Assembly: GCF_006345805.1 (NCBI RefSeq)
Contig: NC_042999.1
Coordinates: forward strand, 170,562,001-170,626,000
Direction: 5' to 3'
Length of the DNA: 64,000 nt
Source: Octopus sinensis
Taxonomy: Eukaryota
In this document: positions 27,851-42,000 of the stretch, in pieces
Layout: each line of letters opens with the position of its first letter
Numbering within the stretch: the stretch's first letter is position 1
Notes under the pieces: model-generated
The model's input: the letters and a program-made list of their open reading frames with translations, nothing else
Told to the model about the DNA's origin: nothing
Databases searched by the model: none
Made by a program: the position numbers and the translations under genes

Positions 27851-29263
27851 CTTCAATGGCACTGGGGTCTGTTTGTTCGACTAAACTATTGAATGTGGTG
27901 TTTCAGCATGGCTGCAGTTCATTGACTGAAACTAGTGAAAGATCTGAGTTGAATACCGGATGGCATTTTGACCGGCGTCTTATCGTGCCGTTTCCATGAC
28001 TCCGCTTCGTCGTCTTCAATAATACCATTTTCAATTATTACAATGCCCTCTTCTGAAAATAAAGATTGTTTTCTCCCCCGCGGCTGATGCCGGAAACCTC
28101 GTTTTGTGTAGATTGCAGACAGTCGACTATTTGTTGATTTCCAAACAACTTCCAAGCAAATTAGCTTTAAAGTTTTTATACAGCAATAATTTGAGACAAT
28201 CGCATTATAATACAAACTGTGATGTTGAATTGACTGTAGTGTTTATTTTTGAGACTGATCTCGTTGATAAAGCTAAACTGTTTCGAGTCAGCAAGAGGGT
28301 TTATACGTGGTCGCTCTATCTGCTAGAAATAGTAACCAAACTTCCACCAGTCCTACGTCAATGTGTCTATCTTTTATTCTTTTAATATTTTAAGTTGTTT
28401 CTGTCATTTGATTGCGGCTTTGCTGGGGCACTACCTTAAAGAGTTTAGTTGAATAAATTGACTCCAGCACGTCTCATTTAAAAAAAAAAAGTTTTATCAT
28501 TCTATTGGTCTCAGTTGGCGGAATGTAAACAAGTTAACAGCTGTCAAGCGGTGGTGGAACACAACACACACACACACACACCATTCCTATCGTTAATACT
28601 TATATTATATAAGCTCCGATGAGAAAAACTCCAAGAACCCAGAAATCTTTGGAAGTGAGGCCTATTTTTTATAGAGACAAGAGGACAGTTTTAGGTGCCT
28701 TGTGATTGAATTTATTAGACAGAAGCTTTGTGGAAGTCTGTCGTTGTGTGTGTGTGTGTCACCCCTCCCTAAAACCGGTGTTGGCTGGTTTACGTCACAG
28801 TAATATATCGGTTCAGCAAAAGAGACCGGCAGAACAAGTACCAGACTTAAAGACAAAAATAAAAATTGGGGTCGATTTTTTGGACAAAACCCTTCAAGGC
28901 GGCACCCCAGTATGGCCGCAATCCAATGACTAAAACAAGTAAAAGATCTGTATTCTTGTACTTACAGACATTTAAGCTATTCATCTTCAATTAACGACAG
29001 CTGGTTAATTACTCTTGCAAATAACAGGTGTAACCATTTCACCGATCAGTTTGCTTATTAGAAACGTTTACTCGCTACTTTAACGAGTCAAGAGTTTCGT
29101 GAACTGCTTCACGTCTATATTCTCTATTAACTTGACTGCAAAGAGGTTGACCCCTCTTCTAAGCCATTCGCCAACATAAACATATATACTTTCTTTCTTT
29201 TCTCTGTCTGTCTGTCTGTCTGTCATTTCCTTCCTCTCTCTCTCTCTCTCTCTCTCCCTCCCT

Positions 29264-29312
<49 letters not shown>

Positions 29313-29696
29313 CGCATCTGTTTGAAAAAGGATTAGTGTCCGAAATATTAAACTTTCCTTCGCGGCAAGGGCAGGGCTTTGTGATTAAGGAGCTAGCGCT
29401 GGAACCACGAGGTTTCCGGTTCAGTCCCACTTTGAGCTAGTGTTTCCTGCTATGGACCCGGGCCAACCAATGCTTTGTATATGTCTGTGTGTGCTTCTTT
29501 GTGTTTGTCCCCCACCCACTGCTTGCGGTTCGGCAAAAGAGACCGATCGAATAAATATCAAACTTAACCCATCAAAGTAAGCCCCAGCATGGCCGCAGTT
29601 GAATAGTTGAAACAAAAGAAACTGAATTATTTGCAATAAATAAATCGCTTAAAGAGAAGTGGTACGTATTTCGAAATAAGTATTACTAACACGCAT

Positions 29697-29856
29697 GCGC
29701 AAGTGTGGCTGTGCGGTAAGAGGTTTGCTTCCCAACCGCATTGTTCCGGGTTCAGTCTCACTGTGTGACACCTTGGGCAAGTATCTTCTATATGACCTCA
29801 GGCCGACCAAAATGTTATAAGTGGATATGGTGGACGGAAACTGAAAGAAGCCCGTT

Positions 29857-29892
<36 letters not shown>

Positions 29893-29942
29893 TATAGATA
29901 TATATATATATATAGATATATATATATATATAGATATAGATA

Positions 29943-30006
<64 letters not shown>

Positions 30007-30011
30007 GATAT

Positions 30012-30110
<99 letters not shown>

Positions 30111-30900
30111 GATATAGATATAGGCGGCGAGCTGGCAGAAACGTTAGCGCGCCGGGCGAAATGCTCAGCGGTATTTCGTCTGTCGCTACGTTCTGAGTTC
30201 AAATTCCGCCGAGGTTGACTTTGCCTTTCATCCTTTCGGGGTCGATAAATAAAGTACCAGTTTCGCAATGGGGTCGATATAATCGACTTAATCCCTTTGT
30301 CCGTCCTCTCCATGTTTAGCCACTTGTGGGTAGTAAAGAAATATATATATATATATCATTGCTATTATGTTAATCTGTCGTATGTCCAAATTTGGTTAAA
30401 TGCGCTTTTTGAAATATTTATTTTTTCTTGCAAAAGCTGGTTCTTTTAGTCAAACTATCGTATCTCCGACTGCTTCAGATGCCAAGATACAAAAATTGTC
30501 AAAGTGTAGTACAACTGTTTTGCTATGGAATGGTGAAACAATTTGTTCGTCTTCAGAAAAAGTAACGTTTTGGACATACGACACTTTTACATAATAGCAA
30601 CGATATGTGTGTGTGTACCAGCACCACTTGATAACCGGTGTTGGTGTGTTTACGTCCCCGTCCCTTAGAGACTCGGCTAAATAGGCCGATAGAATAAGTA
30701 CCATGCTTTATAAAGACATAAGTACTAGAGTCGATTTGTCGCAGTCTAATGACTAAAATAAAAAATACAAGATACAAAATATATATGCAGAAAATCAAAA
30801 TGATACTTGAAGAAAAGTCGATTTGCTCGACTAAAGGCGGTGCTCCAGCATGGCCACAGTCAAGTGACTGAAACAAGTACAAGAATAAAAGAGTAAAAGA
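29697..30900 (+). mobile_element. SINE family B head (29697-29860) and tail (30605-30900) separated by (TA)n and a family A SINE
   Basis: Homology to the 4416 head and tail. Confidence 0.7.
30123..30342 (+). mobile_element. SINE family A, full monomer
   Basis: Intact head, body and tail; follows the (TA)n tract of a family B SINE. Confidence 0.88.
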
Positions 30901-33639
30901 CTAAAGTGAAAGCATTCAACCGATGATCATCCCAGCTTTTTTGTTCGACCCACTTTACCCCAAACTACATCGTTCAATGAGATCTGTCGCCTATTTTGTT
31001 TTAAAGGTAGATGAACTTGAGATTCGACTGGTATTTCTAGCAGGTTGAGCAACCATGTAGAGGCTCTTACGTTGTTTGACAGATTAATGTCAATATACCA
31101 GAGATTTCTTTCAGCATATTTAGTTTCTATTCATATGAATTTGGCATTCAAAAATTTAATAGTGTTAAGTGAAGATTAGCTTTCGGTTTAAATCTGTGGA
31201 CCTAATCTACCTACACGCTAGTCTAGATTAGACAAATGATTTTGCTCTCAGATGTTGCACAAATCCTTTTTCTTGGCCCATGACTTAGACGTTTCACTAA
31301 GCAAGTGTGTAGGCTTTTTTTTTTAGTCAGAGAACAGCAGTGTTATAACTTTAGACATGAGGACACCTATTGCAAGAAAACGCAATAGTAAAGTGGACAC
31401 TAGCGTATTTTATATCGTACAAGAAAATTTAATTGAATGAAAATACAACTCTAAAACAGATTATCAAGATGGTGAATTCATGTGAAACAACCCTGAAATT
31501 TTTAATAAAAATATATGGAATGCAATGGGGAGGAAGTCTGATCCATGGTATTATACTTTCAAGTATCTTTCAGTCTTATTGGACCTCTTTAGCATCCCAT
31601 TTTTTCAAAAATAGCTCAGCGCCTCATTTCAGAAATAGCGTTTTTCAAAATCTCTCATCCTTTGCATGTTAAATAAAACGCAGATTAATTTGGGTCAAAT
31701 AGAAGCTAATTTTGCGCACTGGTTTGTTTTTGATATGTTCTTGAACTATCTCTTCCAACATGTGCATCGTTTTGGATAAGGTGAGGATTTATATACATGA
31801 GTGTGTTTTCTGTTCACTGATAACACACGCCCGATTGATATCTAAACCAAACAAACTTTTTTTTAATGCGTTGAAAATATAAGCATTATACTTGGTTTCA
31901 ATACTGCATTCTTAGGAAAAAATCCTGCCTTCCCCCGAACACTCAGCTTCCCCTTAATATTTGCCAGTTCATTGTCAGCTCACAATGTCTCCATTAGTTT
32001 AACCGTTAGTGAGGATCTTTAGAAGACAAGAACATTATATGATGTCTGTGAAGGACTAAAAAATGGCAATGAAACTTAAAGGAATGACTTTGAATAAAAG
32101 TAAAAAGAAGTTGTGGACGCCAGATGCATTTAAAATGTGTAGCATGATTTTAAATTTCACTCATGTATGAAATCCATCGAGCTTTCACTCATTTGCCTTG
32201 AACAAACGCGTGTTGTTATTCGGAAAGATAATCTCTTGTTTGAGTAAACAACATTTCTGACCAGAAGAAAGGATTAATTTATACATTACGACAGCATTTG
32301 GAGAATATAAAGAAAATGCCACGACGAATGATTTTCTTCAACTCTATTCTTTAATGAAATCTTTCAAAGCGTTAGATCAAAGCAAAATTCATTTGCTATC
32401 GAACTTGCGTAACGATGGATTTTCTTTTTTTTTTTTTGCTGTATAAACATGTTCACAATAATATTGTAATTATTCCTTGTACAAGTATTTATGAATATAT
32501 ATTTTCTTATTTGCACTTGTAAAGAATTGGAGCACCAACATTGTCTGTGTTTATATATGCACATAATAGTGTTATATTTGGGAAAATAGATAATTTATAA
32601 CACAATCTCGAGTCCTGAGATTGACGTCAATAGAATTAGTCCTGTGATCGCCTTGTTTTTCAGTAGCTTAGTTTTACTCACATTTACTATCTCAATTTAT
32701 TAAATATGCGTATCAGTATTCTTTGATTAAATGAAATGGGGAAAACAATACCTGGTTGAATAGTTATGTGTTATTTTTTATTCTTTTGGACTTCGGTCAA
32801 ATCAGCCCCACTACTTATTTTTAAGTCGAGTGCTTATTGTAACGATTTCTTTTTGCCAAACAGGCTGTTCAGCGGTGAGTCATAAACACAAAGGCGGACA
32901 CACACACACACACATGCACGCCGCGCGCGCGTCAGGCTTTTAGGTTGTATTGGAGCCGATATAATAGATGGTACTCTCGAAGCTCCAACACAACCACTGT
33001 CTAATGACTGAAACCAGTAAGAAAAAATAAACCAGTATCATTGATGATTGATTTCTATAAATTCCTTTGATTTATATATCAAATTATACCAACTGTATTT
33101 CATTATTTCTGAATTCTGTAAAAGCCAATGACTTCCACAAACTGTTGTCATATAGCCCCAGGTCAGTTACCCAAGGTAGACTAATGGGTTAAATGCGTTT
33201 AAACTGCAACATTCTCTTTTGTTGTTGTTTAGCTTCAAACTGGCTATGATTGAATAAACTTTTACTAAAACATATGATCACTTATTTACTTACTTAAGCC
33301 CTTTGCTCCCTTTGGGGGAAAGGCTATCTACAACTTTCCTCTACAGTTCTTGACTCTGGATTCAAAACCAACCTGTCCTGAAGAATTTGAATTGTCATTA
33401 ATCCTTCTGAAACTTCGCTTTTTTTTTCTATATAGAGGTATTGGCCCTGTGCAAACCTATTTTTATTTCTGGGAAGAGATAGTCCATATTAATGTGGCCC
33501 TACCCTTTGACACTGTGTTTCAATGCACAGTACTCAGGATAATTGATTTCTTATTGATCCCTGGATCAGCTCCAACAAAGTAGTCCTGTGATAAAAAAAC
33601 GTTTCGCTGCTTTTTCTCTCTTTTCGGTCGACTTCGGTC

Positions 33640-33745
33640 TACAGTATCCAATGTATTTTTCCTTTATTTGTTTTTAAAGATGACCTGATGTAATTTGAGA
33701 GATTTGGCTGTTGTTTCTTGCAGATCGAGTGGTCATGTTGGGGTT
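33640..33745 (+). repeat. Old dispersed repeat family (copies also near 2520-2660, 6440-6590, 30920-31070, 59150-59330 minus)
   Basis: Shared motif gtaatttgagagatttggctgctatttctagcaggtcgag with high divergence. Confidence 0.55.
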
Positions 33746-33840
33746 TCCTCTCTTTTTTTTTTAAACGTTTGTCTTGTGTTTTGTATTAATATCCATATAG
33801 AAATAGTTTCTAGTTTAACTGTCAATTTTTTTTTTCAGAA

Positions 33841-34263
33841 ATGGATAAAAAGAGGCTAGAAATTCCTAAAATTGAAATCAATACTGTACCGGAAGAAATC
33901 GAAGACGAAGAGGGGAATATCACAAATGGTCAATCAACGTTTAACTTAAATCGTGAAAGATTCCAAGTGATCCCAGTTGGAACCCCAGTAAAATCTGCCC
34001 AGAGATCCAGACGGTCTAGCGATTCCTCCCGAATTTCCGATGGTGATCGCAAAGTATCAATTTCCATAATTGAAGATGATTTTCTTTCTCCGAAAAGTGC
34101 ATTTCAAGGTCACCGTATGTCTGTTGACTCTAATTTTAGCAGCCAAACTATCGGTACGCACACGCACGAAGCTTTACCACGTGCTGAAAACTATCGGGAT
34201 CTTTTGTCACACGTGACTAATATGAAGTCTCGACCAACTTTAGATGAATTACACGAAAGACCC
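33841..34263 (+). CDS. NKCC-like exon: cytoplasmic N-terminus (141 codons)
   Basis: tttttcag acceptor at 33838, ATG at 33841, donor CCC|GTAAGT. Encodes RFQV and [19 protein letters not shown]...RPTLDELH, matching the NKCC regulatory domain. Confidence 0.88.
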
Positions 34264-36055
34264 GTAAGTAAAATTCTTATTCCTTAGCAATTCTCTCCTT
34301 CTTTGTCCTTCTTTGTCCCTGTCTGTCTGTCGCCCTCAATTCTAAGTGATCTTCATCCATGAGCAACCATTTTCAAGAATTGAACTGAGGCTCATCATTA
34401 CGCATTTTGCACGTCTAAAAAAAAACTAAATTCACTTTTCATTTCGGTGTACCATTTGGAAAGTCCCACAGGCCACAAGTTGCCCATGCGCAGTCGAGTG
34501 GAAAGGGTAGGGCACAACCTTTGCAAGCTCCCAAAACTATAAGTGATTGGAGGAGGAGGAGGAGGGTAAAGTGAGTCTAGAAGGCGCGGACATGCCTGTG
34601 GAGTTAAGAAGATCGCTTTGCAATAGCATGCTGACGGGTTCAGTCTCACTGCGCGACTCTTTGGCAAGTGTCTTCTACTATAGCTTCGGGCCGACCAATG
34701 GCTTGTGAGTGAGTTTACTAGACGGAAACTCATGTGGAAACCCGTTGAACAAACAGATTAAGTCGACCCAGTGCGTAACTGGTACTTGTTTAATCGACCC
34801 CAAAAGGATGAAAGGCAAAGTCGACCTCGGCGGAATTTGAACTCAGAACGTAACGGCAGACGAAATACGGTTACGCATTTCGCCCGGCGTACTAACGTTT
34901 CTGCCAGCTCGCCGCCTTAAAGAGATTAAATATCTGTTGGACAGAAGACGATGTATATGTAGTAACAGCACACATACATGCAGTATTGTAGGTCTCACTT
35001 GATCTCTCTAAAGGGTCCGTTGTAATTTCTGGTCCTGATGTGGGTTCATTCTTTCTAATGCAGTTTTAGCTATGATGAGGATGAAAAGTCATCAGCAGAG
35101 ATCCACGGTAATGGTAAGGCCTAGCAGCTGTATCAGCGTTGAAGGATCTAGGTTCGTGTGGGTCATGTTTAGAATGGGGTAAGCTACAATGTTGTTTTAT
35201 CGATGTGTGAGTGATAGTCTCTTTACACTGTCTTTATAAGACTCCACTGGTCTATTAAAGGAAATAAGTTTGGTACGATCCCACTGGAGACAATTCTTAA
35301 GATTTCTGTTCATAGTCAGTGTACATTTGATATAATGTGTTTTGGTTATGTGTGAATAGCACTCGGGTGCGAAAGACCAGGTTGAATTGCATAACAGTAG
35401 GATTCGTTGGAAGTGGTGAAAAGTAGGTTGTTGATGTATAGGAGAAAGAGCAAGGAATACAACTAAACTTTGGGAATCATCAGAGTTAATAGTGGATGTG
35501 AGAGAGATCTCTCCTTCGGTACATGTTGCGATGGAACAATCTGACGGCATACACGCCAAGAAAGTATGCAGTCCATAGGTAGGCGGTTTAGTTCGAAGGT
35601 TTTCATGGCAAACACGTTCGAGATACTTCACTGATGACAAAGGCAACAAAAACGGTGAAGAAAGTCTCCAGTAGATTTGTTTTCAAGGAATCTGTACTGT
35701 TAGATATTAAAGAAGGAGAAGGAGTCAAAGAAGTTGGAGAAAGGGATTGTTAATAACTGTCTCCATCGTCTTTGAGATATTGGAAGTGAGAGCGATAGTT
35801 CAATAATCAGCATGATCAGAGGTCTCCACTGCAGTGGAATTGCCAAAGGTCAGCATACACGTGCGCGCGCACACATGTCGTTGACATAAGAATTTGACAA
35901 CCACCTGAGAGAACGTGGAATAATTCTTTGGAATTCTCGAAGTACTCACATAAAGCTGTAAATTGGGCAATCCTTGAGGTTTACTATGCAAAACGATTTT
36001 CCAATCCAATATTCACAAAAGCTGTTATCTATAGCTTTAGGAGTGCTTCGAGAAT

Positions 36056-36098
<43 letters not shown>

Positions 36099-39000
36099 AT
36101 ATATATAAATAAATATATAACCAAGGTGGTTGGGATAGAAATGCAATATCAAAATATACTCTTTTATTGCGGCCTGGCAGCAAATAATTCACGGTCTAGT
36201 GGTCGGAGGTTCCTGGTTTAAAGGATATAGCTATACCCTTGTAGCTTTTTGAAGTATATATTCAAAACGAGTTACAAACAATTACGCAAGACAACTCTTA
36301 TCGAATTTAAAAATGAAGCTGTTTTTATCAAAAGGTTACAAAGAAACAAGCTACAAAGGAAATACACCATCAAAATACAATACAAGAAAATCAAGAACAT
36401 TGTTTACGATTTCAAAAATCTAAAGCACATCAAAAATAAACTAAAGCAACTTAACAAATAAACATTTTAAATTTAAGAGATAAACTCAATGAGATACATA
36501 AATCTTCCTTTTCGAGATTAAAGCATTTTGTGAATATAAAATTTGAGTGAATGTAGCACGAAAGATAACATTAAACGAAATACAATTATATCGTAAAAGA
36601 CTGGAAAGTTTACCTTCGCAGAATATACAGAAAAAGAAAACATTTACATTATTTACATTCGACGGATATTTGTCCTCATCTTGTTTGTTGTTAACACAAC
36701 GTTTCGGCTGATATACCTGCAGGTGTCTTGGGGAAAATTTCGAACCTGGGTTCTCATTCCTAAGGTATTTTTCGATGTTGTTGTCGTTATAATAATAATA
36801 ATAATAATAATTATTATTATTATTAAGGTCACTGACTGGAATCGAACTCGGAATCTTGGGATTAGTAGCCTGCGCTCTAAACCACTACGCCATATGCCAG
36901 TGGGCAACAAACAAGATGAAGACATATATCTGTCAATTGTAAATAATGTACATAATTCCTCATCTCTTAAATATAGAACTAGAAGAAAACATTTATTTAT
37001 AGCAGCGGTTCTCAACCATTTTTGGCTTTTGGACCCCTTTGATTCCGTTTTTACTCTATCGAACCGCCATAGCCATTCAATTTACAAAAGAAGAATTCTA
37101 CTGCATTTTTGTAATAAGATATTTTTAGGGATTGCATAAAAGAATTGTTAAAACATTTTGTGTATTTTAGAAGTATAAGCAATTTATTGCACATAAATTT
37201 TAACAACAAAGTCGTATATGGGCCCCGGAAAGGCCGTATGGACCCCGGTCGAAAACCCCTGATCTATAGAAAAGGGCTGCAAGAAAAAAAATCCTGATCG
37301 GAATTTATTAACATCTTGTTCTGAGAAACAGATTTGCTTCTACAAGATCCTCCTTCATACAAACTCTTATCTGATTTACTCTTTTACTCTTTTCAGTCAT
37401 ATGACTGCGGCCATGCTGGAGCACCGCCTTTAGTCGAGCAAATCGACCCCAGGACTTATTCTTTGTAAGCCTAGTACTTATTCCGTCGGTTTCTTTTGCC
37501 GAACCGCTAAGTTACGGGGACGTAAACACACCAGCATCGGTGGTCAAGCGATGTTGGGGGAACAAACACACACACGCACACATACATACATACGACGAGC
37601 TTCTTTCAGTTTCCGTCTACCAAATCCACTCACAAGGCTTTGGTCGGCCCGAGGCTATTGTAAAGACACTTGCCCAAGGTACCACGCAGTGGGACTGAGC
37701 CCGGAACCATGTGGTTCGTAAGCAAGCTACTTACCACACAGCCACTCCTACGCCTGATTTGATAATTTCTAATGTATAAAACAATAAAAAATAAGTGTAA
37801 CTGTTAACATAATATAACAATTTAGATATAGCTGAAGTCGGTACCTTTTTATCGACTCAGAAGACAATTTCAGTAAACTAAGAATTTTTCTTATATGATG
37901 AGGTTGGTAGAAAAAGTCGAACTCGCTATCTTTAATTCAGTTTTCGTGCCTCTTCTATCCTCCCCTATGATCAAGAATGTTGGATAACGACCGCGAATGC
38001 AAGTGGCCAAAATGGGATTCCTCCAAAGGTCAAGTCTCTACTGCTTCACATTGGAAGGTCATGGATCCGGTACTACAGACATGTAGTGAGAATGTCGCAG
38101 GAAAGAATTACAAAACCGATTCTTCACGCTGAACGACCCAGCAGAAGACTTAGGGTAAACCAAGAACTAGGTGCTTGGGTAATATCTATAAAAGATATAT
38201 ATAAAGTCCAACCCCTTCTCAAAGCATTAGGGTGGTGTAAACGGGCAGAGCTATGCCATCGGGAACTTCGGTACCTGGTAGGGTCACTCAAGGCGGATTG
38301 GTTTGGCACCGAGCGGTATTAGGGCCTCATCCTGGCCAACGGGGATCTGGTGAAAATTCCAAGAGGCGTCTGATCGGCAACCGGCGGCTTCGAGGTCGTT
38401 CTGTCCCTGCGTCTGTGGAGACTCCGCGGCAAACAGGGCGTCCCGTCACTCGGGATATGCATGCGGGATGTCGGGGACCGCTTGTGAATTCAATATTCCC
38501 ACGAAACTTCTTCGATGAATCCTACTACTACCATGACAATAAATAAGAATACGAAGGACCTCTCTGAACTCACAGGTCCGCAGGTGGTCGGTCTGCGCAG
38601 ATGAAACCGCGAATGGCTCGCTATCTGCAGTGACCTCGCACAGGAACCTCGAGCGTGGGCCGCCATGGTTCGTGATGCCGTCAGGACCAGAGAAGAAGCC
38701 GGCTCAACCCACCCTGGGTGAACGCCGTCACAAGTACAAGGAAGTAAGTAATATCTATAGTTTCAGTTGGTCACGCTTGGAAATGCAGCAGGAAAGTTAA
38801 TGACAGTTGCTCCCGATAGGACCTTAAGGAGGAGGTACCCGAGGACTCTACCTCCACAACCCTCCTAGAGAGGGTGAAGAAGATGAATGGATGGTATTTA
38901 ATATACCTTTCTTCGCCTTTCCTGTTCAAAATCATGCTACTGACTTATCTCTCTTGACTTACTTTTGATATAGATGTATATAGCATGCATGAGTATATGA

Positions 39001-42000
39001 GCAGTTTCCGTTTTGTAAATTCCACTAGCATAGTGTTTGTCAACGCGAGGCGAAAAGTAAGACACTTCCTTAAGGCGCCACGCAGTGGGATCGAACTCAG
39101 TACCACGTAGTTGTTAAGCGAACTTCTTAATCACAAACATGCTAGCGGCTATATTACCATCGCTTCTTTTTAATTTTCTTAATTCTCTTTATTGGGTCTG
39201 TCTAGCTATGTTGTATAGGACTTGTGAGATGGCTGACGTAAGACGGTGACATTGTTTATGTCGCTTTATGCTCATGTTGGTATGTGCTTACCTCCGCAGA
39301 TTTGTCACAATACAATGATGCCAGTGGCCAGCACTGAAATTTATTATGTACTGCTAGATTATACTTAATGAGTTCTCTTTCTTTTTATTAAGTTGGGTTG
39401 TAGAATCTCTCGAATCGTAGAGAAGTGTGTGTGTGTGTGTTTGGGGCTTTTTTTGTGTTGATTGAGACAGTTTCAATCAGGTCATCGTATGAATCCATCA
39501 GAAGGGCTCAATGCTATAGAGTAGGAATACTTGGTGCCTGTCGTCTTACAGCAGAGGCAGTTGTTCTATGGTTCTAGTAATGTGAACCGTGAGCGTGTGT
39601 ATTTTAGTTGGTGTAGATGAAGAGCGCGTGCACACACGTACATACACACACATACACACGTCGGATGCTGAGGGCTGTTGATAGTGATAATGGTACTGAT
39701 ACTTGAACGTGTTTATTCTAGCCTATAAAGTTGAAAGAATATGCCACCCTGGTTTCCCCCAATATATCTCATAGTCGTGTTTGCGTCGCAAGAGACATCT
39801 CTTCCAAGGTTTTACTTGTCAGAAACTAAAGAAAGTAGCTGGCGGAAACGTTAGCACGCCGGGCGAAATGCAGCCGTATTTCGTCTGCCGTTGCGTTCTG
39901 AGTTCAAATTCCGCCGAGGTCGACTTTGCCTTTCATCCTTTCGGGGTCGATAAATTAAATACCAGTTTCGCACTGGGGTCGATATAATCGATTTAATCCG
40001 TTTGTCTGTCCTTGTTTGTCCTCTCTGTGTTTAGCCCCTTGTGGGTAGTAAAGAAATAGGTATTTCGTCTATCTTTACGTTCTGAGTTAAAATTCCACCG
40101 CGGTCGACTTTGCCTTTCATCCTTTCGGGGTCGATAAATTAAGTACCAGTTACGCACTGGGGTCGATGCAATCGACTTAATCCCTTTAATCCCTTGTTTG
40201 TCCCCTCTATGTTTAGCCCCTTGTGGGCAATAAAGAAATAAGAAACTAAAGAAAGTAAATAAGAAGGTAAAACGTAAGACATACCAGAACGTTTTACTGC
40301 TAACTGAAAATGTTTGATATCTCTTACGTTGGTAACATAGGAGAAGATGGTAATGAAATGTCTTGAGCTTTTGATATAAAATTCAGATCTTTAAAAAGAA
40401 TAATTATTTCAAAATTTCTTTTGTATTTGTTATATTTCGGGAGGGTCATTTTTTTCTTGCCAAATAAACACATGCACTATATAATCATTCTTCACTCATT
40501 ATGGTTGTTCTTATTTTATCTTATGTCCATTGACTCGAAATCTTTTGTCACACATCTGTGACCTTTTCAGCGACTCTTCCATCTACATTTTCCTCCTGTT
40601 CTATTTAGTCCATTCTGTCTTTTTAGTTAGGAATATTTCCAGACAATGGACATAACATAAGAAGTGCAATAATAAACGAGTGAAAAACGAATATATAGTA
40701 CAATATAGTGCGTGTGTTTATTTGGCAAAAAAAAAAATGACCATCTCGATATATAGCTATCTGTTTCAACTCACGATTTCACATCAGGAAATTGCAAAAC
40801 AAATTCATGAACCTTTTTTATTTGGCAGAGAAAACCTTTCCCTGCTGTTGAAAGAAAGAAATCGGTATCTGTCGCCTACTCTGGCATCAAATTTGGATGG
40901 ATCGAAGGAGTCTTGGTGAGTATCATCTTAAGTAACGCTTAGTACGTGAAACTACCACAACAATGTTGTTATTACAGTTTAGCCCAGGGCCGGATTAAGA
41001 CCAGTAGAGTCCCCATGCACAAAACTATTTTGGTGCCCCCGTATATATGTAATTCAAAATATAAACAACAATAAACCATATGAAACAAAACCAACAAGTA
41101 AGGTGGTAAATAATGTTTCTTTTTGTATGCACACTTCCTTTTTATTTATGTTTGACAATTTTTCTCCTACCCCCTTTTTTTAATTGCAAAGTCTTTGATC
41201 AGCTCACCATGACACCATGAACACCTTGAAATTCTATTTCCGATCTATCAAACCACTTCGAATATCAATTTAGCAAGTTTAAAGTGATTTCTTTTGTGCC
41301 AAAAATCATTTACCATTTCTGTGATGCCCCCATCCCCCGTCCCTTGATGTCATAAACACGTACTTATTTTGATAAATGGTTAATCCAGCGTTGGTTTAGC
41401 CCCTGAGAACAGCCAAGAGGTATTTACTTGTAACATAGAAGCCATTTAGCCAGGCACTTTACTTCATATTCCAGAACATTACAAGTGAGAGTAATAGGAC
41501 CTGCACTATATTTGCATACAGGCATTAATAATTTGGTTTGAAAAAAATATTGTTTTAGATTCCATCCCACTGCGCCAAACAACTGTCTTTTAAAGTAACC
41601 TCGAGTCGACCAACGTCTTGGTAGAAATCGAATGGACTGTAATGCTATTGGGTCGTGGTAAACTTAATTCGTTGCCCAGTTTAAAACCGCCAGTTAGACT
41701 TTGGGTGCCTTCAGTGGACTCGACTCTGGAAGTATTTGGAACACGTCACCAGTTTGAGAAAAACCTATGACAGAGGCGTTTCAATCCTCCATTTTCCCTA
41801 CCCATTATGGAAGCCCTATAAGGTAACTGAGAGGGCTGTCCTTTCTTTTCTATGCGATAATAATAACAAAAGGAGCTGATAAATGTAAGGTCGACTGAAA
41901 TGTTAATTATGTGATCTAAACCAGCACTACACTGCTGAACTCTTTACGTTGCTTCTAAATTCTATGTATCAAGTCTGATCATCCAATGGCATATCACGTT

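Noticed and set aside
31700-31790. Possible 5' UTR exon of the NKCC gene (AAG|GTGAGG donor)
   Set aside because: An upstream non-coding exon must exist given the acceptor at 33838, but nothing in the sequence singles out this one
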